From: Tubiluchus corallicola
Lineage: Eukaryota; Animalia; Priapulida
Length of the DNA: 64,000 nt
Reading direction: 5' to 3'
NCBI GenBank assembly: GCA_030141605.1
Contig: JAQGDQ010000203.1
Span: forward strand, 124,001-188,000
Shown: in pieces, positions 56,311 through 64,000 of the stretch
How positions within the stretch are numbered: position 1 is the first letter of the stretch
How the letters are laid out: each line of letters starts with the position of its first letter
Program-made: the position numbers and the translations under genes
Notes under the pieces: model-generated
The model's database searches: none
What the model saw: only the letters and a program-made list of their open reading frames with translations
Told to the model about the DNA's origin: nothing

Positions 56311-58992
56311 AATTTTTTTAGCAGTACGTTGTCTAGTTAATGAGTAATTAACTTTTTTGTATCTCACGGGAAACGCCATGGAGCTGCACTTACGCCTCTC
56401 TCGGTGAAAAAATTGAACTAGCGCAGCTCAGGCTGATGACGTAACAGAGTGTATCCGCCAGCTTGTTGTGATACTGTGGTACACAACTGGGCTAAAAATA
56501 AAGCTGTTATTACTACATTACAGCATTTGACCTTGGTTCGGATAGGTAGTCAGCTGATAGAAATGATTGTCTTTGCGCTCGTTAACATGTTTTCATCAAA
56601 AGCGATATATTTTTTATACTGTTGGAATATGCCTACAGCATATTGTGAAAATTCTTGTGGCATTAATTGAAAACATCGTCAGCAATACAAGCTGCAAAAA
56701 TGTGGGCCTCGGTAACAAAAGTGCTTTTCTTCTAAAACAAGCTTTTCTTCTAAAACAAGTCCGATATAGTAACTTCATTCTGCTAGAAGAATTAATGAAT
56801 TTATAAACACGGATAAACTCACTGAAGCATAATTATAATGCTAGTGTGACAATTTTTAGTGACAGCTTCATTTTATCAGCCTTGACAAAAAAATATGTGA
56901 ACCCCGCTGACACAGAGACTATAACATATTAGCTGTAGACTTATTGATTAAACATATATGAACATTTTTAACTTTGTCGTGTTTCAGTTATTTAAATCAG
57001 TAAGACTTTTAATACCAAGCAGAACTTTAACCGTTGTTCATTAGCTTCTGTTTTTACATGATAACGTCATGTTGTGTTTATTTTTACACAGCAGTATTAT
57101 TAAAATATTAGGATTAGATAAAATTCTTGTGGTCAGTTGGACTGAAATAAAAATTAATGATAATAATACATTCATTATTAATATAATTATTATCCACTTT
57201 TACAATATAAAAAACTAACGATATAATGTGATTCGATGACAAAATAATTATTAATTGCATTACATAATATAATTGTGATATTTTTATTGAAATGGATACA
57301 AATCTCGAGATGACTAAACTGCATCGATAAACTATGCACTTGGGCTTAAAATGAAACAAAAAAGACACTACAAAAAACTGCATCTGACTGAATCTCTCCG
57401 AAGTGTAAGCACAATATTATTAACACTAGATTCATCATGTTCTAAACTCACGTTTCAAAGCAAACAGACGAGAAATTATCACACAGGTTGTAGGAGTGAT
57501 TACAGGTTTTTAGATTGTACTTTCATTGCTTCAATAATTTTCTGTTGCTCATTGGAAACTAAAAGTTATTATATTTTGGCTTCGTATTTCGATATTTTCC
57601 GTCTGACTGAATTATTCAAGCTCAACTTAATTTTGGTGATATTCCCCCTTTAAATTAACACAAAATTATTGCTTCATTGAATCATTTTTAATGGTGGCCC
57701 TTCCAGAATTCCGGTAAATCAGCCCGAGGATATTAATTACAATAAGGAACATAATATATATATATATTGTAATATTAAAGGTATATATTATATGTATAAT
57801 ATATATTATATTATGTATATCTTTATATATTATATATATATGCACAAAATAATGAGCAACATTGTTAATGACATCATAATGAACAACCGTTATATGCACA
57901 ATGGTATTATTCTATGATAGAAAGTATATGGGACGCCGGCAATACATTTCTGACAAAAGCCTAGAATAATTTTGACAGTTTTGAATATTTCTAGCAGAAA
58001 TTAGAATTTCAATATAAAGTGTAATACCTGATTTATTTTTTTCATATAATATATTATAAAAAGGATATTTTACATTGTGGTTTAAACTGTTAGTCAATAA
58101 AGAATTTCAAAATAATTCACTTAAACCTTCTTACAGTGCATGTGCTGTGAAATAATCCTAAGTCACTGTTTTAGATGCCTGAGATGTGGCAGCCTTGGCC
58201 TCCATCCTAGTGTTCCTGCCTTGCACCCTATAGCTTATAAGTATTCTGCCTGGAAACTGTAGGATTGGATTTTCAAATAGTGAAAGAGATTTAAGAGGTT
58301 TATACCAGCATGCATACATGTTCAAAAACATGATCAAGAAAAAAATAAACTCCTGAAACGAACTCATGACTTCTTTTGATATTAGATTTTAAAAATAGAC
58401 CAAATTAATACTGTAGTGAAAAAATGAGTACATGCTAGTTTTTTTTAATTTCGATAATGAGTGATGAAGAACATCATTACTTAGGCTGCTCACACGAAAA
58501 TTGTCAGTTAAGATTGTCTATGTTGTCTAAACAAGAAAATATATATGGACATTTGAATCTTACTGGTGGTTGTGTGTTGCTAGATTAAAGATTTATATTT
58601 CAAATTCATTGGAGAATATTTATATTTATTATATAAATGTGAGTGCACTTATAAAAGTTTTGTCATTTACACATGTTAGCTTGTTACTGTCAGTCAATTT
58701 TTAGTTGTGTTTGGATATAGTGTGTAGTGCTACAAGTTTGGTATCATGGTATGACAAGAAAAATAGATTAGAAAGCTTAAAAAATTGTTTGCCAGATCTC
58801 TGGTATTGAACCCAGGTCTTCTGCATTTGTAGCAACAGTAGCCACAGAGGAATTTCTATTTTTTGCGCTAGCAAATAAGTTACATTAAGCAGCTTAGAAT
58901 ACTTAGAGCTAAGAAGTTTAAACAATGTAGCAAAGAGCATTTAAATCATCAAGAAATTGCTAAAACTAATCAATAGTTTGTTTTCAGAGCCA

Positions 58993-62920
<3,928 letters not shown>

Positions 62921-63009
62921 GTAAACTAAATGGAAAACATTGTTATTTCTTATAATAATCACTATAGTTACTAAGTAACAAAATCTTGTCAATCTCTTAA
63001 TACAGTAAG

Positions 63010-64000
63010 AGAAAGTAGTAGTTGTCAGACCTGTAGGATATGTAGAGAAGACACAGCTAAAGACACATTTCAGTTTCTACAAATTATTTGGATAATCAAA
63101 AATTGCACAACTAAACACGAACTCTACAGAACTGTTTTAAAGGGTGGTTTTGAAACCCTTTTTATGCACTTCTGTACCTGTACACTCCAAGACAGGACCT
63201 ACTCGATGCCAATATTTGTTGAGAGACCAGAATCTAGTTCACTATCAGGGATAATCCTTTAAGATGAGCTATTGAACCGGCAATGGTGTCTCAGCCATGT
63301 TCGAATGTGTTTCTGTCCTTCCTCAACAAAATAAACAGCCAAAGTCAGTGTAGAGAAGAGAATTGTCGAGAGCAAGTTCTGAATCCCCTAGCCATTTATC
63401 AACTTTGGAAGCGAGGAATATTTACGTGACCACTTGCCTGTTCACTCTGCCTCAAATACAATGACCTAAAATTATTTGTATTGTCTGTAAAACAATACAA
63501 ATTACGCCAAGCAGTGACTTACTTTTGCTTCATTTTTTCAGTAATTTAGGTATTATTAAAATAAAACTAACAGCAAACACCCACTTAAGTATTAGACATG
63601 GCTTTTATTCAGATACAACATCTGCTACATTTTGACAATTTAAGGTCATTTCAATCTACTTGAAAAATACAGGGTGAAAAAATTGGCAAAAATCAACATT
63701 GTGAGAAGTAAACAAGACAAATACTAAATTGTAAACTTACATGTCATTTGATACAAAGCCAAATGACAGAAAAAGTAAAGTTATGTTACTCCATCACAAT
63801 TCGTTCTCTGACCAAGGCTTATGGGTGATTACGAGAGAAACTTTTGCACAAAACGTGAATAACACTGTAAGTGGGCAGCTACAAGAACCACTTCAGATTA
63901 ATTCCAGAGGCAGAGATGAAAGTTGATCATTAAGCTCGGACTGAAGTTTTTTATCAGAGTTTCAAAAATGTGTAATAAAAGTTACTGTTTGCAGAATCTA
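63010..64000 (-). mobile_element. Heavily decayed non-LTR retrotransposon 3' region (possibly L1/Tx1-like)
   Basis: Minus frame CLFC*GRTETHSN resembles a CCHC knuckle; no plus-strand exon-like sequence is evident. Confidence 0.3.

Overview
AT-rich, intron-rich animal (probably invertebrate) nuclear DNA, not prokaryotic. Five conserved housekeeping genes alternate in orientation and can be rebuilt exon by exon from splice sites and reading-frame continuity: PEX13 (+, 9 coding exons, ~425 aa), N-myristoyltransferase NMT (-, 12 exons, ~494 aa), OPA1 (+, 4 coding exons including one of 2.4 kb, ~1012 aa), PSMC5/Rpt6 (-, 12 exons, ~407 aa) and the 5' part of a RAD54L2/ARIP4-like SNF2 gene (+, runs off the window, has a GC-AG intron). 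Introns and intergenic DNA are full of transposon debris: CR1/L2-like and other LINEs (one young copy with an intact RT ORF and 9-bp TSD), hAT-, pogo- and Tc1-like remnants, and MITEs. Most unusual items: (1) a 646-bp Gypsy/Mag-derived unit with inverted LTR ends, a tRNA-Leu PBS, a gag start and an apparent 5-bp TSD; (2) a TSD-flanked Penelope-like insertion carrying two inverted minimal hammerhead-ribozyme motifs inside a PEX13 intron; (3) a ~980-bp element with perfect 40-bp TIRs and arrays of 28-bp palindromes; (4) a long intron-free block in OPA1. All identifications come from reading the sequence and recalling family motifs; no database searches were run.
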